51,211 nt of DNA from Octopus bimaculoides (GCF_001194135.2 NC_068988.1:81588165-81639375), one strand, 5' to 3'; positions 1 to 13,009 are shown, numbered from the stretch's first letter. The notes: a model not told the origin generated them from the letters alone. Made by a program: numbers and translations.

Positions 1-92
1 ATATATATATATATATATATATATATAGATAGATAGATAAATAGATAGATAGATAGATAGATAGATACATAGATAAATAAATATAGATATAA
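1..92. repeat. (TA)n/(GATA)n compound microsatellite
   Basis: Directly visible tandem TA and GATA units. Confidence 0.95.
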
Positions 93-95
93 GTT

Positions 96-253
96 GCAGG
101 CATGGCTGTGTGGTAAGAAGCTTGCTTCCCAACCATATGGTTCCAGGTTCAGTCCCACTGTGTAGCACCTTGGGCATGTCTGCTGCATTCGCCTCAGGCC
201 AACCAAAGCCTTGTAGTTGGATTTAGCAGATGAAAACTGAAAAGATGCCTGTC

Positions 254-294
<41 letters not shown>

Positions 295-505
295 TTTGTG
301 TCTGTGTTTGTCCCCGACCAGTGCATGACAACCGGTGCTGGTATGTTTACATACCAGTAAATTAATAGTATGACAAAACAGACTGATAAAATAAGTGCTA
401 GACTTTAAAAAAATAAGTACTGGGATCGATTCATTTGACTAGAAATTTTTTCTGAGGGGGTGCCCCAGCATGGTCGCAGTCTAATAACTGAAACAAGTAA
501 AAGGT
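96..505 (+). mobile_element. tRNA-derived SINE, family A (full length, internal (TG)n)
   Basis: A-box-like TGGCTGTGTGG and B-box-like GGTTCAGTCCC; body and tail (ccagcatggtcgcagtc...actgaaacaagtaaa) recur more than 10 times in the window. Confidence 0.85.
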
Positions 506-617
506 AAAAAAAAAAAAATAAGGATATGGACTGGAAGATGTGGTGATTTTTCTGTATTTGATAAGACACGTGAATCGAAGTAAAATCACTATCTTCAACA
601 CATATAGGTTTGTCTTT

Positions 618-793
618 CAGGTGCCAGTGCCACTTAAAAAGCACCCATACCAGTGCTGGTGGTACATAAAAAGCTCGCAGATGTAGAAACCATGGCATGG
701 CAGATAGTTGGAGTCTGGACAACTCTCTGCAAGCCAGCTTCATGTCAAACCATCCAACCCATGCCAGCATGGAAAGCAATGTTGATGATGATA
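618..793 (+). mobile_element. RTE-type LINE 3' UTR/tail fragment
   Basis: catccaacccatgccagcatggaaa...gatgatgat tail matches the 3' end of the RT-bearing element at 36339-37995. Confidence 0.75.
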
Positions 794-1231
794 AGCCCAC
801 TGGATGGATTGTACCAGTAATTTAATGGTACAACCTTCTCACACAGAGACACACTGATTTTGCCTCAGAATTTCATCAAGAGTACATGTGTCTGCAGAAT
901 ACTTAACCACTTATGTGCTAATTCAATGAACAAATAACCTCTAAATTGATCAAACAACTGAATACTCATGATAGGAAATTCTGACCAAGATCTGTTTATA
1001 GCTAATAATGGATCTCAGTCACAGTTTCTAGTCGAATGTAGGTTTATTTAATGTGTGCAATCAATGACATACTTCTAAAACCTGACTGTCTAAGTATACA
1101 CTTTGGCCAAATGATAGAACTTCATCTGCAGAAGTAATTTCTGTAGTTTCACATATCTTTACATATCTTCTCATTTCTTCACTCGCTCATCAGGAGTACT
1201 TATTTCATACAATCTTAAGAGAGAGAGAAAG

Positions 1232-1263
<32 letters not shown>

Positions 1264-1419
1264 ATACAGACAGAGAAGAAGAGAGCATAGCAAGTTTTTA
1301 CTAAAGAAAATGCAACAAACAAATTTGCATATCAGTACATTCATTGGCAATATATATTAATTAATTAAAGTACTGAAATAATGTGTTTATGGATAAATTA
1401 TAGATAATTTTACTTTTTT

Positions 1420-2580
1420 TTTTTGCTTGTTTCAGTCNNNNNNNNNNNNNNNNNNNNNNNNNNNNNNNNNNNNNNNNNNNNNNNNNNNNNNNNNNNNNNN
1501 NNNNNNNNNNNNNNNNNNNNNNNNNNNNNNNNNNNNNNNNNNNNNNNNNNNNNNNNNNNNNNNNNNNNNNNNNNNNNNNNNNNNNNNNNNNNNNNNNNNN
1601 NNNNNNNNNNNNNNNNNNNNNNNNNNNNNNNNNNNNNNNNNNNNNNNNNNNNNNNNNNNNNNNNNNNNNNNNNNNNNNNNNNNNNNNNNNNNNNNNNNNN
1701 NNNNNNNNNNNNNNNNNNNNNNNNNNNNNNNNNNNNNNNNNNNNNNNNNNNNNNNNNNNNNNNNNNNNNNNNNNNNNNNNNNNNNNNNNNNNNNNNNNNN
1801 NNNNNNNNNNNNNNNNNNNNNNNNNNNNNNNNNNNNNNNNNNNNNNNNNNNNNNNNNNNNNNNNNNNNNNNNNNNNNNNNNNNNNNNNNNNNNNNNNNNN
1901 NNNNNNNNNNNNNNNNNNNNNNNNNNNNNNNNNNNNNNNNNNNNNNNNNNNNNNNNNNNNNNNNNNNNNNNNNNNNNNNNNNNNNNNNNNNNNNNNNNNN
2001 NNNNNNNNNNNNNNNNNNNNNNNNNNNNNNNNNNNNNNNNNNNNNNNNNNNNNNNNNNNNNNNNNNNNNNNNNNNNNNNNNNNNNNNNNNNNNNNNNNNN
2101 NNNNNNNNNNNNNNNNNNNNNNNNNNNNNNNNNNNNNNNNNNNNNNNNNNNNNNNNNNNNNNNNNNNNNNNNNNNNNNNNNNNNNNNNNNNNNNNNNNNN
2201 NNNNNNNNNNNNNNNNNNNNNNNNNNNNNNNNNNNNNNNNNNNNNNNNNNNNNNNNNNNNNNNNNNNNNNNNNNNNNNNNNNNNNNNNNNNNNNNNNNNN
2301 NNNNNNNNNNNNNNNNNNNNNNNNNNNNNNNNNNNNNNNNNNNNNNNNNNNNNNNNNNNNNNNNNNNNNNNNNNNNNNNNNNNNNNNNNNNNNNNNNATA
2401 TATACATATATATACGACAGGCTTCTTTCAGTTTCCATCTACCAAATCCACTCACAAGGCTTTGGTTGGCCCGAGGCTATAGTAGAAGACACTTGCCCAA
2501 GATGTCACACAGTGGGTCTGAACCCAGAACCATGTGGTTGGTAAGCAAGCTACTTACCATACAGCCACTCCCACGCCTGT
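1420..2580 (-). mobile_element. SINE family A spanning an N gap
   Basis: Tail (cttgtttcagtc) left of gap ~1438-2397 and head (2412-2580) right of it, reverse complement of 96-505. Confidence 0.75.
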
Positions 2581-2704
2581 GTATTTATTTGGCAAAAAAA
2601 GAAAAGAACCATCCCGAAATATAGCAATAACTATATAATTGCCCTCAGTACATAAATAGACTTTGATGTTAATTCCTAGGGCTTTCAAGGGAACCATAAC
2701 AAGG

Positions 2705-2910
2705 GTGCAGCAGTGTAGTGTATCTACCTATAACTAGGAAATGGGATAGTTGTAGTATATTGTACTTATCTATTACTAGGGAATGTGGTTGAGTAGTGTA
2801 GTAGTGTTGTGTACCTATAACTAAGGAGAGTGGAAGTGTAATGAACCTATAACTAGGGAGTGTTGAAGTACAGTGTACCTATCTAATAACCAGCTAGTGT
2901 GTAACAGGAG
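2705..2910. repeat. Degenerate minisatellite, core gtacctataactagg(g)a
   Basis: About 5 imperfect copies at 30-55 bp spacing. Confidence 0.6.
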
Positions 2911-2925
2911 TGTACTAGTGGGTTT

Positions 2926-4083
2926 GGGGATTTTTATCAAATAGATATCACATGCTGCATAAATTTCGTAGATAAATACTCCAGTTTTTATTTACTAAGA
3001 AAAATATGAGAGAAATTTGTACAAAAATTGCATCTTGGTTCATTTATAGATTAAATCAAGGCCAATCATTTTGGAAATAAATAAAACAAACAAAACTAGT
3101 GGGTTTCATAATGCAGTACCCTGTGAGAACCGAGATCAAATTATCTTTTGCTTAAAGCTGTGAGAAACTGGCATTTTTATTTAGAAGTACTCTATGTTTC
3201 AACTGCTTGATGTTTGTTAAGGCTGAGATACTCTGCAGAACATTACTGCCCTTAGAATCATTTAAAATTTGCATGCCTTAATGGTTTCTCATAATACTAA
3301 AGAGCCACTCTGCTACAAGAATTCTCAGGCATAGTCACCTTCATTGTAATTAAGAATCAAGAAATGAATGATAGAAAATGTAAACACTTGGTAGTATTCT
3401 TTACAGAACCACCATTTCTTTAGAATCATACCTTGCTTAATAATTTCATATTTGTTCTAGAATTCACTCTTCCTCTATCATTACCATTTCTCTTGTAGGT
3501 TTCTCACCTCACACATCCTATTTCTTTCTTGCCTCATTCACAATTGTCAGTGATTATGTTCATGTCTTCTCAGCAATATTTTCCTGTCATTGTAATTTTT
3601 CTGTTTTATATACATATTACACTACTTTCTTATAATTACTTGCAAAGTCTATACACTAATTAATAATTTATCTTTACTTTCCTACATTCAAAATAATTAC
3701 AATTATTTTCCTGATAGCATTCTTAAAGAAATTACTTCCAATTTCACATCACTTTCTACATAATTAGCTTTTTATTTTACATTAGAAAGATTTAGTATTT
3801 ATTTATTTATTTTTTTCTATCATTCTGGAACTATTCTGCTTTTCATTTTTGAACTCTTTCAGTATGGAAGCTTTCAAAATGTTTTTGTTGAAATGTAGAA
3901 GAAAATTAACAGAAATTTTGTTTGTTTTATTTATTTTCAAAATGATTGGCCTTGATTTAATCTATAATTGAACCAAGATGCAATTTTTGTACAAATTTCT
4001 CTCATATTTTTCTTAGTAAGTAAAAACTGGAGTATTTATCTACGAAATTTATGCAGCATGTGATATCTGTTTGATAAAAATCC
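2926..4083. repeat. 167-169 bp inverted repeat pair (2926-3094 / 3917-4083)
   Basis: 4 mismatches by manual alignment; left arm flanked by the direct repeat ACTAGTGGGTTT (2914-2925, 3095-3106). Confidence 0.95.
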
Positions 4084-4571
4084 AAAAACAACATAAAAAC
4101 CATTGTTAACACTGAAAAAAATCCAGTAGCTAATTGAAGATAAATTACTTAATTACAGAAACTAATTAACCTTGCCTTTCTCCAATTTCAATTTCATCTA
4201 AACTTTACTTAGACATAAAATTTTCTTTTTTGGGCAATAAAGTCACTTGCCCTCCTTGAAATAACAGCTAATTTTTTAAAAAACTAAACCCTCTTTTCTA
4301 AGCAAACAAAGTTCTGATTGCAAGACAGGATGGCCATAGACAGAACACTTTTGACCAAGGCTTTCTTGATCAGAACAGAAGCAACACAAGTGACTTTTCT
4401 CTTTATAAAAATCTCCTCCAGTTCTTTTCTCAGTTCCCATGGCCCCTAAACTATCCATGTTTGTAATTGTTCTTTCTCTTTTGATTATTTTTTATATTCC
4501 ACCCCCATTCTTAAAAACCATTATACACTCTTATCATTATAGATACAATGAAACTTTGTTATAATGTCATG

Positions 4572-4937
4572 TTTGACAAAAAGAGTCTTGTTTCTGAGGA
4601 CAATGCTCCAGCATTGAAGTCCTTGGTTTCAATAGATATTGAGCATGACTGTGGCTTTGAACTGGTTGATCACTCTCCCAATTCTCCTGATTTGACCCCA
4701 TCTGGCTATCATCTGTTCCCCAACACGAAAAAACACCTGGCTGGGAACCAATATTGCAGATGTCATATCTGCTGTTGACTTTTTCGACAAACTCTTCACC
4801 AATAAGATCCAAGCACTGAAACAGATGGAAGAAGTGTTTGGACTGCAAGGAAGACTATATTGAAAAATAAACCTCATTTGGTCACATTCCATGAGAGTAT
4901 CATGGTCAGCCTATAAACTTTTCAGTTGATCCTTGTA
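4572..4937 (+). mobile_element. mariner transposase 3' fragment with right TIR
   Basis: DNAPA...GFELVDHSPNSPDLTPSGYHLFPNTKKHL matches the mariner HPPYSPDLAPSDY motif (third catalytic D reads G); ends ggtcagcctataaacttttcagttgatccttg-TA. Confidence 0.9.
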
Positions 4938-5542
4938 CAGTCATGCAAACCCACAGAAATATGTATATGTGATAAATAATTTAAAACTATATTATCTTTA
5001 CATATTTTCAATTTTACCCCCCTCTCTCTCTCTTTCTCCACACACTCACACAAAGAAGATAATTTTAAGCAATATTGAACTCAATACAAAAATACAGCTT
5101 TTTAACTTTACTTAAATACTAGTTTAATGACTGCTCATACTTTTTCTGTCAGTTTCCCCATCTATTAGTTGATTAGATAATGATATTAATCCAACTTCAC
5201 TCCATGAGAATATTGAGATTGATGGTGTAAATGACAGCTGTATTATTATCAATTGTGAAGCCAGTCTTTGAATAAACTATTTTGTTAGTATTTCTCACTG
5301 GTATGAATGCTTCAAGACAGCTGTCCTTTCTGGTCCCAGCAGGGACTGTCTGTCTGAGAGATTCTGGGGATTCCCAGCAAATATTTTACCTTAATGTTGC
5401 AACATGTCATGGTTTCTTTTGGAGTTTTTGTTTCTTAATCTTTAGCTTTAACAAGACTCTATACCATGAGATGGATTGGGGTTAAACTAGGCAAGACGGG
5501 AGTGGTTAACTTTTTGAGACATAACATACACACACCCTCTAT

Positions 5543-5544
<2 letters not shown>

Positions 5545-5638
<94 letters not shown>
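5545..5638. repeat. (GT)n microsatellite
   Basis: Perfect dinucleotide run. Confidence 0.95.
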
Positions 5639-5640
<2 letters not shown>

Positions 5641-7347
5641 CTATAGTTATGTAAAGCCAATGTTGTGCCAAAAAAGCATAGCTCAATGATTCAATAACCA
5701 GAGATCGATAAATTATGTACCAGGCTGAACAAAATACTGGAGCTGATACAATCAACTAAACCCCTTTTGAGATGGTGCTCCAGCATGACTACAATCCAAC
5801 GACTGAAACCAGTAACAAAACAAAGAATAAACAATTCCATAAGGGGAAAAAAATCAAGAATAATATTCCCATATGTCCTTACCATCTGTACTACTATCAA
5901 TAATAATACTCACTAAATATAATTATTCTTCCCCCTTCATCTTCCATACTTGACTAAACAACATAACCAGTTAAATTATAATACCACCTACATATAATAA
6001 TTCTTGTTCCCCATCCATCTTCAGTCATGTCTTCTACACCTAACTAAACATAAGAAATTATAATAATGCTTATATATATAATACTGCTTCCCCACTCCCA
6101 CTTCTCCAACCATGTTGTCTCCACTTAAGTAAAGAACATAAGCAGTTAAATTTTAAATTATTTCATCTCTCCCTGTCCATCTTAAAAATAAAAGCAATAT
6201 ACTGTATTAATGTTCAGAATCTATTAGAAAATGTTGTTATCTTTTGACACTGAGAACACTGAAAGACAGAGAATGGCATTAAAATGAATGTGCTGTCTAG
6301 TCAATTTACATTTTTAATAACAAAAATGTATTTCTCTCTCTCTCTTTAAAGGAGTCAAAATAATTTATGTCTGCCATTATTTGCTTCATAGTAATAGTAA
6401 TTCCTTCATTTACATAACAGTATTGATTGTCTTTTTTCTTTTTCTTCTCTTTCGGTGCTTTATTCTTGTTCAAGATGCTGAAAATGCTTCTTGATTTTGG
6501 TAGGCAAAAACATTAAAAAGTTCTTTTAAATTACAGATGTTGTTAACGCTGTTTCAATTTATATATAATTAGCATAATGTTAACGAATACTGTTCATTTA
6601 CTTGTCATCCTTATGAAAATGTCGGAAATCATATTAAACATTGATACATTGGAATTATCAAGCAGTATTTAACAAATAAAATGCAGCCTTATAACTATTT
6701 TCTAATATTCCAGCTTGAGTTTATTGTTACCAACACAATAGCTTAATTTCTTGCATTTCCTTTCAGCCTATCTTACATTATCCTTACTGAATTATACAAT
6801 ATGTTAGGCTTCCTAATTCCATCTGTTAGTATTATTATAAACTTCTTACTGAAGTTATTTTCTTTCTTACTCATGGATCTTTTCTATGTATCATTTATGA
6901 TATGTATGGATCTTATCAATCTTGGTAATACTGCTTCACAAACCTAAATTCTATATGTGAGTTATTAGACATTATAATTCATCTTTGAATTCGTAAATAT
7001 AACTTACATGTGTGTTATTAGATATTTAGAAGCTCATATGTGAATTATAAGACATAATAACTCATTTGATATGTACATCCTGTTTCTTAGAATAGGTAAC
7101 ATTGTCATTCTTTGTGTTGCATGAGATGGTTAAATTGCTTTATATTAGGTGAGGTATTTAGGTATGAAACACTGCCTCAAAACGTCCAGTCCAATCCATG
7201 TTGGCAAGGAAAAAGCTGATGTAAAAACAAAAGGTTAATGGATAATATAGAAAACATCCATTTGTAACATAGATGTTTCTATATTGTTTATAATGTTACA
7301 CACAGATACTACCTACATATAAAGTTACACATAAATATTACACATGA

Positions 7348-7735
7348 CTCCCCAAAAGATTGTTTTATAGCAAACTGGCAGAAGGAAAGTGCACACAAAG
7401 TGGACAGAAAAATGCTTCAAAGATACACTCAAAGCCTCACTGAAGTGCTGGGAAATGTAAGCAGAAGGCTGTCCTACCTAGTGTAGCTGCATCAACAGAG
7501 GTGCCACCTTCTATGAACAGAACAGGATCATAGGAGCACAAAGAAAACATGAGAGGCACAAGTTCGGAGCCAACTCCTTGCCTTCATTCCTAGCAGGCCA
7601 CCAGTGCCTGATTTGTAGCAGAGCCTCTGAGTGCACATTAAATTGATTGGCCACAGCTGGACGCACCATGACTCATCTTCTCCTATGTAATGTCCTCGGT
7701 CATCGTTGATGATGATGGACAAACAGGAAGGAGGA
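7348..7735 (+). mobile_element. RTE (BovB-like) LINE 3' end, decayed
   Basis: LPKRLFYSKLAEGKCTQSGQK/KCFKDTLKASLK (one frameshift), followed by a decayed terminal CxxC...H finger (CLICSRA) and a (GAT)n tail. Confidence 0.8.
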
Positions 7736-8223
7736 TGCATGGTTGTTGCCTACATGTTTATAATGTTACATATGAATGTTTCCCACATGTTGTTGATAAT
7801 GTTTCAAACTGAATGCCTCCTATATGTAATTTTCAATGACATAGAAAAAATTCATGTAAATAATGGATCTTTCTATATGCCATTGAAAATACTTCACACG
7901 GATCTTTTCAATTATAATGTTTTAAACTGATAATTAGTGGTGGTGGTGGTGGTAGTAAAATATTAACAAATACCATCAGTCACCTATTTTTTAGACATTA
8001 ACAATTCAAAACAAAGAATTTCCTTCTTTGTACAATGAACAACAATTAATCCACCACCATCCCCTGCCAAACACCACCACATTGCCATCGATGTCTTTAG
8101 TACAGTCCACTGGTGGTTTTTGGTCCAAAGATAGCTGCCTCCACTTCTCATACCATTTTGTAGAACATAGAAAAGTTTGTTAAAAAATATATATTAGTGA
8201 CAGAATCAATATTAATACTGAGA

Positions 8224-8385
8224 GATGATATTTATCTCCACTTAAATGTGGATGTTCTGTTAGAACAAAGTATACTGCAATCGAAACTCTCAGAGCTTCT
8301 CTCATGAGAGTTTCTCTCGTGGAATCTATCACAGTATAGTTTGTTCTAACAGAACATTCATGTTTAAGTGGGGCTAAATATTACC
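8224..8385. repeat. ~160-nt foldback (MITE remnant or hairpin RNA)
   Basis: Arms 8224-8277 and 8332-8385 are complementary (ccacttaaa..gatgttctgttagaacaaa.tatactg); inner stem gaaactctca/tgagagtttc. Confidence 0.8.
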
Positions 8386-8528
8386 ACTTAGAGAAGTTGA
8401 TTGGTGTTGCCCTTTCTTGCATGTCCAACTATATTTGATGTTATATCTGAGAGTTGTTAATACAACCAAGTTTGGTTTATGAATGGATATATCAAGCTGA
8501 CAAGAAAGAAAGGAAATAAAACTTCACA

Positions 8529-8579
<51 letters not shown>

Positions 8580-8684
8580 TCTCTCTCTCTCTCACTTTTG
8601 CACACACACTCTTTCCCTCATACACACACACTCTCTCACTCAGATTCCATCTCTCTTTCTTCCTTTCAAAATGTTATTGAAAAT

Positions 8685-8837
8685 ACTGAAAGAAACAGGG
8701 TTTAATCTCAAACCCTCTTCCTTTGAATCACATCCTTCCAGTGTTGCTGTGTGGTTTTGTGTTGAGAGTATTCACTTTGAACTAAACACTACAACATCCT
8801 CTGTCCTGTTTATCTACCAGGAAAACAAGAAGGACAA
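8685..8837 (-). other. Candidate exon (all three frames hit a stop; terminal or non-coding)
   Basis: Strong acceptor tcctcttgctccctctctttcag| at 8838; one frame reads VLLVFLVDKQDRGCCSV*; the far boundary is uncertain. Confidence 0.25.
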
Positions 8838-9551
8838 CTGAAAGAGAGGGAGCAAGAGGAAGGGGAGGAGAGAAAGGGGGAGAGAGAGATAGAAAGATGG
8901 AGAAAATGAGATAAAGAGAGGGAATGAGAACAATTTAGATATGAGTCCAAGAAGTAAATGGACATATTTATGTTTTTATTATAGCCCTTGGTGTTGTGGT
9001 TGGATCATTTCAGAGGAGAGATTTCAGTGAGGGAATCTACTCATTATCTATCATTAATGGAAGTAATTTGTGCATATGTATATGTACATGCGTGCATGCG
9101 TGTGTATGTGTGTGTGTGTGTGCATGCGCACGTTTGTGTCTGTGTGTATGCATTTGTGTGTGTGTGTATGTTTGTACGTAATCGAACATTAAACCATTCT
9201 CCACATCACAAGAATGGTTTATCAATAAATACCCAGAGGACCACTCCCACCTCCCTCTGACCACTGCATTTCTTTAATTCTAGTCGCACATCCTTATTAC
9301 TTATCTAATTACATACTCAATTCACTTTCCTTTATCCTATGGCCGTGTTTAATCCCTGGGGACAAATTACCACTAATTTGTCAAACACTAATCATCATTT
9401 ATTACCTGGGAATATTTTCCATTTTAGATTCCACACCACATGGCAACCAATATCTCTGCAGTATTTTAGGAAACTCATGATAAAATAAATGAAATTAAAA
9501 CACTTCTGACATTAAGTAATCACCGACAATTTTATTATTATTATTATTATT

Positions 9552-10199
9552 GTTCAGTAGTTTTATTTTTATAGCATGCTTTCACTTCACAACCGAGCAC
9601 AGCTCTGTGTGCCTTGGGTATGTGCTGCGGTTTGCTGTGATGCTCTTATGGTTACTGTATTGAAAGTGTTTTGCATAGGATGTGTGCAGTGCCCAGTAGT
9701 GCAATTTTCTGTATGTTATATATATTTGTAAGTCCTGGTATTTTTGTTATGTATTTGTCTGAATATTTTTTTATTATACCTAAGGCACCTACTATGATAG
9801 GAATTGTTTCTGTTTTTAGATTCCNNNNNNNNNNNNNNNNNNNNNNNNNNNNNNNNNNNNNNNNNNNNNNNNNNNNNNNNNNNNNNNNNNNNNNNNNNNN
9901 NNNNNNNNNNNNNNNNNNNNNNNNNNNNNNNNNNNNNNNNNNNNNNNNNNNNNNNNNNNNNNNNNNNNNNNNNNNNNNNNNNNNNNNNNNNNNNNNNNNN
10001 NNNNNNNNNNNNNNNNNNNNNNNNNNNNNNNNNNNNNNNNNNNNNNNNNNNNNNNNNNNNNNNNNNNNNNNNNNNNNNNNNNNNNNNNNNNNNNNNNNNN
10101 NNNNNNNNNNNNNNNNNNNNNNNNNNNNNNNNNNNNNNNNNNNNNNTTCATTGAGTGCTCTATGTATTTTATGATAATTGGTGCCACCTTGTTTATGGC

Positions 10200-10200
<1 letters not shown>
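9552..10200 (-). mobile_element. R4/Dong-clade non-LTR element, 5'-truncated, partly in gap
   Basis: NLKTETIPIIVGALGIIKKYSDKYITKIPGLTNIYNIQKIALLGTAHILCKTLSIQ* is an RLE-element C-terminus; 3' UTR matches 49900-50112; (TAA)n at both ends. Confidence 0.8.
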
Positions 10201-10232
<32 letters not shown>

Positions 10233-10266
10233 CATTATTATTATTATTATTATTATCATAATTATT

Positions 10267-10301
<35 letters not shown>

Positions 10302-10302
10302 T
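10201..10302. repeat. (ATT)n/(ATC)n triplet array
   Basis: Directly visible. Confidence 0.95.
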
Positions 10303-10303
10303 A

Positions 10304-10508
10304 AGGCAGCAAGCTGGCAGAACTGTTGGCACATTGGACAAAATTCTTAGCATCATTTCATCCATCTTTACATTCTGGATTCAAATTCCACCAAGATCAA
10401 GTTTGCCTTTCATCCTTGCAGGGTCGATAAGATAAGTGCCAGTTGAACACTGGGGGCGATGTAATTGACTTATCCCCCCCTCCCAAACTTGTGCCAAAAT
10501 TTGAAAGC
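10304..10508 (+). mobile_element. tRNA-derived SINE, family C
   Basis: Head aggcagcaagctggcagaactgttggcac, B box ATTCAAATTCC, body tttgcctttcatcct...gataaataagtacc; copies at 24080, 28283, 28528, 47978, 50175. Confidence 0.85.
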
Positions 10509-11599
10509 ATTGTTATTACATCATTATTGTCAACATAAGCTGGCATTCAAACCCTTATTTCTCTATGTCATAATCATGGCAATGATGGTGATGATGAGGA
10601 TGATGATCATCATCATCATTATCATCATCATTATCATCATTATCATCTCCATCACCATTGACACTAGTAGTAGCAGCAGCAGTACAAGCACGACCACCAC
10701 CACCCCCACTGCCACCATCACTATAACGTGAGGTTGAGAGACTGATACAGTAAGTGAGTTTATGTAGAAGTGAGTGCGGGCATAGATGGGTAGTTAAGAA
10801 ATTTGCTTTTCAATCACATGGTGCTTAGGATTCAAACACTTCTTGTCATCTTAGGCAAATGTCTTTTTCTGCCATAAGCTTTAAATTTTCCAAAGCCTTG
10901 TAAGTTAAATTGGTAGACAGTAAGTGTGTGGAAATCAATTGTATGATATATATGTGTAAATATAAGATCCAAAGATTGATGTGTAGGAAGAAAGTTAGCT
11001 TCAAAGCAATCCATAGTAAATATTAAAAAAAAAAAACTTTCAGGAACAACAGTGGTTTATTGAGATGGAAGGTTGTGGATTCTTTTTGTATCAAAGTACG
11101 ATAATCTGAAGAATTCTTTTTATATTTCATGGTAGGCAACCAGGGTTGCTGGGTATGTGAATAAGAATATAAGAGTTGAGGAATGGAGTAGATAAAATCT
11201 GGGATACATATGTTTCATAGAGAGCGGAACCTCGGAAGTGGTAAATATCCAAGTGAGATGTATTCTGCAGGCTCCTCGTCAGGCCAAGGATATCTTGATC
11301 AGATGAAAGTTTACATTGTAACAAGGTGCATGTTAACACACGTACCTCCTTGTGACAATGTATGAAACATATGTAGGCCAGATTTTATCTACTTCATTCC
11401 TCAACTCTTATATATATATATACACAGACACATCCACATCCACACACACATGTATGTATACCCATATGTACATGTATATATATGTATATATACCTGTATG
11501 TATATATGTATATCCATATATGTGAGAGTGTGTGTGTGTGTGAGTTTGTATTTTCCTTAGTCTTTGTGTTTGTAAACATAAGGTACCTTCAAATGGTAT

Positions 11600-11795
11600 C
11601 ATTTGTTTCCAGTTGTCCACATAATGATGCTTTGATGTTTATTGTTCAATAAACAGAGGATTATTACCTTGTTTGGAAACAAGTAAAAGTTGTCATCAGG
11701 AAGGACATCTGGCCATAAAAATTCTACTCCTGCACAATCTCATCTGACCCATGCAAGCATGGAAAAGGGGAAGTTAAACCAATGATGATGATAAT
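11600..11795 (+). mobile_element. Interspersed repeat family B (RTE-like tail, (ATG)n end)
   Basis: ttggaaacaagt...aggaaggacatctggccataaaa...ctgacccatgcaagcatggaaaag; also at 19425-19670(-), 35975-36190 and 41295-41465. Confidence 0.7.
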
Positions 11796-11904
11796 GATGT
11801 TGATAATATGTATATACACTATGTTAATTGATTAATTATCATATATTCTGTCATTTATCACCACCCAATCACCTTAATTCCATGTTCTTTAGAAACAAGG
11901 TGAT

Positions 11905-12215
11905 ATAGAAGATCCCCTTCGGTCACAAATGACCATGGGATCACACCTAGAAAGTTCCCCACTGAGGCATAAGTTCAGGCAAGATTATGGAAGACCAGCA
12001 GTCGCCCATGCATACCAGTCTCCCCTCTTCACACCACCGATGTTATTCAAGGGAAAGGCAAACGCAGACACAGCTTGGCACCAGTGATGTCACAACTCAT
12101 TTCTACGACTGAGTGAACTGGAACAATGTAAAATAAAGTGCCTTGCTCAAGAACACAACACTCAGCCTGGTCCAGGAATTGAACTCAGTACCTTATGACT
12201 GAGATGATAAGATAA
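11905..12215 (-). mobile_element. tRNA-derived SINE, family D
   Basis: Reverse complement of 17520-17812. Confidence 0.85.
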
Positions 12216-13009
12216 TATGTAGACTGTGTTAAATGATAACTGATCAGAAACAGTATAACAAAGTGATGTCATCTATTAATCTTTATAGCAAATGTATTAT
12301 TGATTTTTGATGTGACACATTTTGTTGGTGAAGTCAATTAAAAGAAGCTTAATATATTACTGGTATATATTTTACTGAGCTTAGAGTGAAAAAAAAAAAT
12401 AAAGTCCTTCCCTGTAGTGATTTGAACTCTAAGCAGTGAATACTGAACTATTTACAGTAGAGCAGTTGCAGTAAATCTATTGTCCCTCTGCAACTGGTGT
12501 TTCTAATACATCAATGGAAAGATAATACTATTAATAAAATGCCATTTAGTATGTAGTGGGTGTGTGTATATCATTATTAAATATTCTTCAATCAATTTTA
12601 TGTTTCCGCAAAAATATAAAGAAAATAATGAAAAAAAAGGTGAAAAAATTCTTCTACTTTTCGCATTTAGAAAATAGAATTTTTTACCAAAAATAAAAAT
12701 AATAAATAAATGTTGAAAAGCAGTGTTTTGTAAAACATCGTTTCAATATTGACAAATATTTCCTTACTAAAATATAATCAGTGGTTCTCAAATTTCTAAA
12801 CAAACTGGAGTCAATAATTCAGAGCATGATGGGAATGTCGGCAAAATGGCAGATGGAATTACACACCATCACTAGTTTCAGGGAGAATAAACTTAATAGA
12901 CTTAAAATAAATAAATAAATGTTCATTTATTGAATTTATGGGATTTTTTTTAGAAAATAGAATAATTCTAAAATTGGACAGATTTTGGTAGTTTTCATAC
13001 CTTTCAATA

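Noticed and set aside
1361-2544. Long ORFs of 240-440 aa here and at 9652-10365, 21646-24069, 30108-31421 and 34251-36199
   Set aside because: They are runs of X across N gaps, not coding evidence
5459-5755. HT/CV/YI/poly-I/N/E/S ORFs throughout the track
   Set aside because: Translations of di-, tri- and tetranucleotide microsatellites
5915-6170. Three ~80-90 bp degenerate tandem units
   Set aside because: Real but highly decayed, with no structure or function suggested
12778-12900. Coding-looking stretch starting with CAGTGGTTCTCAAA (hAT-like TIR)
   Set aside because: No matching right TIR found; short frames without convincing splice pairs
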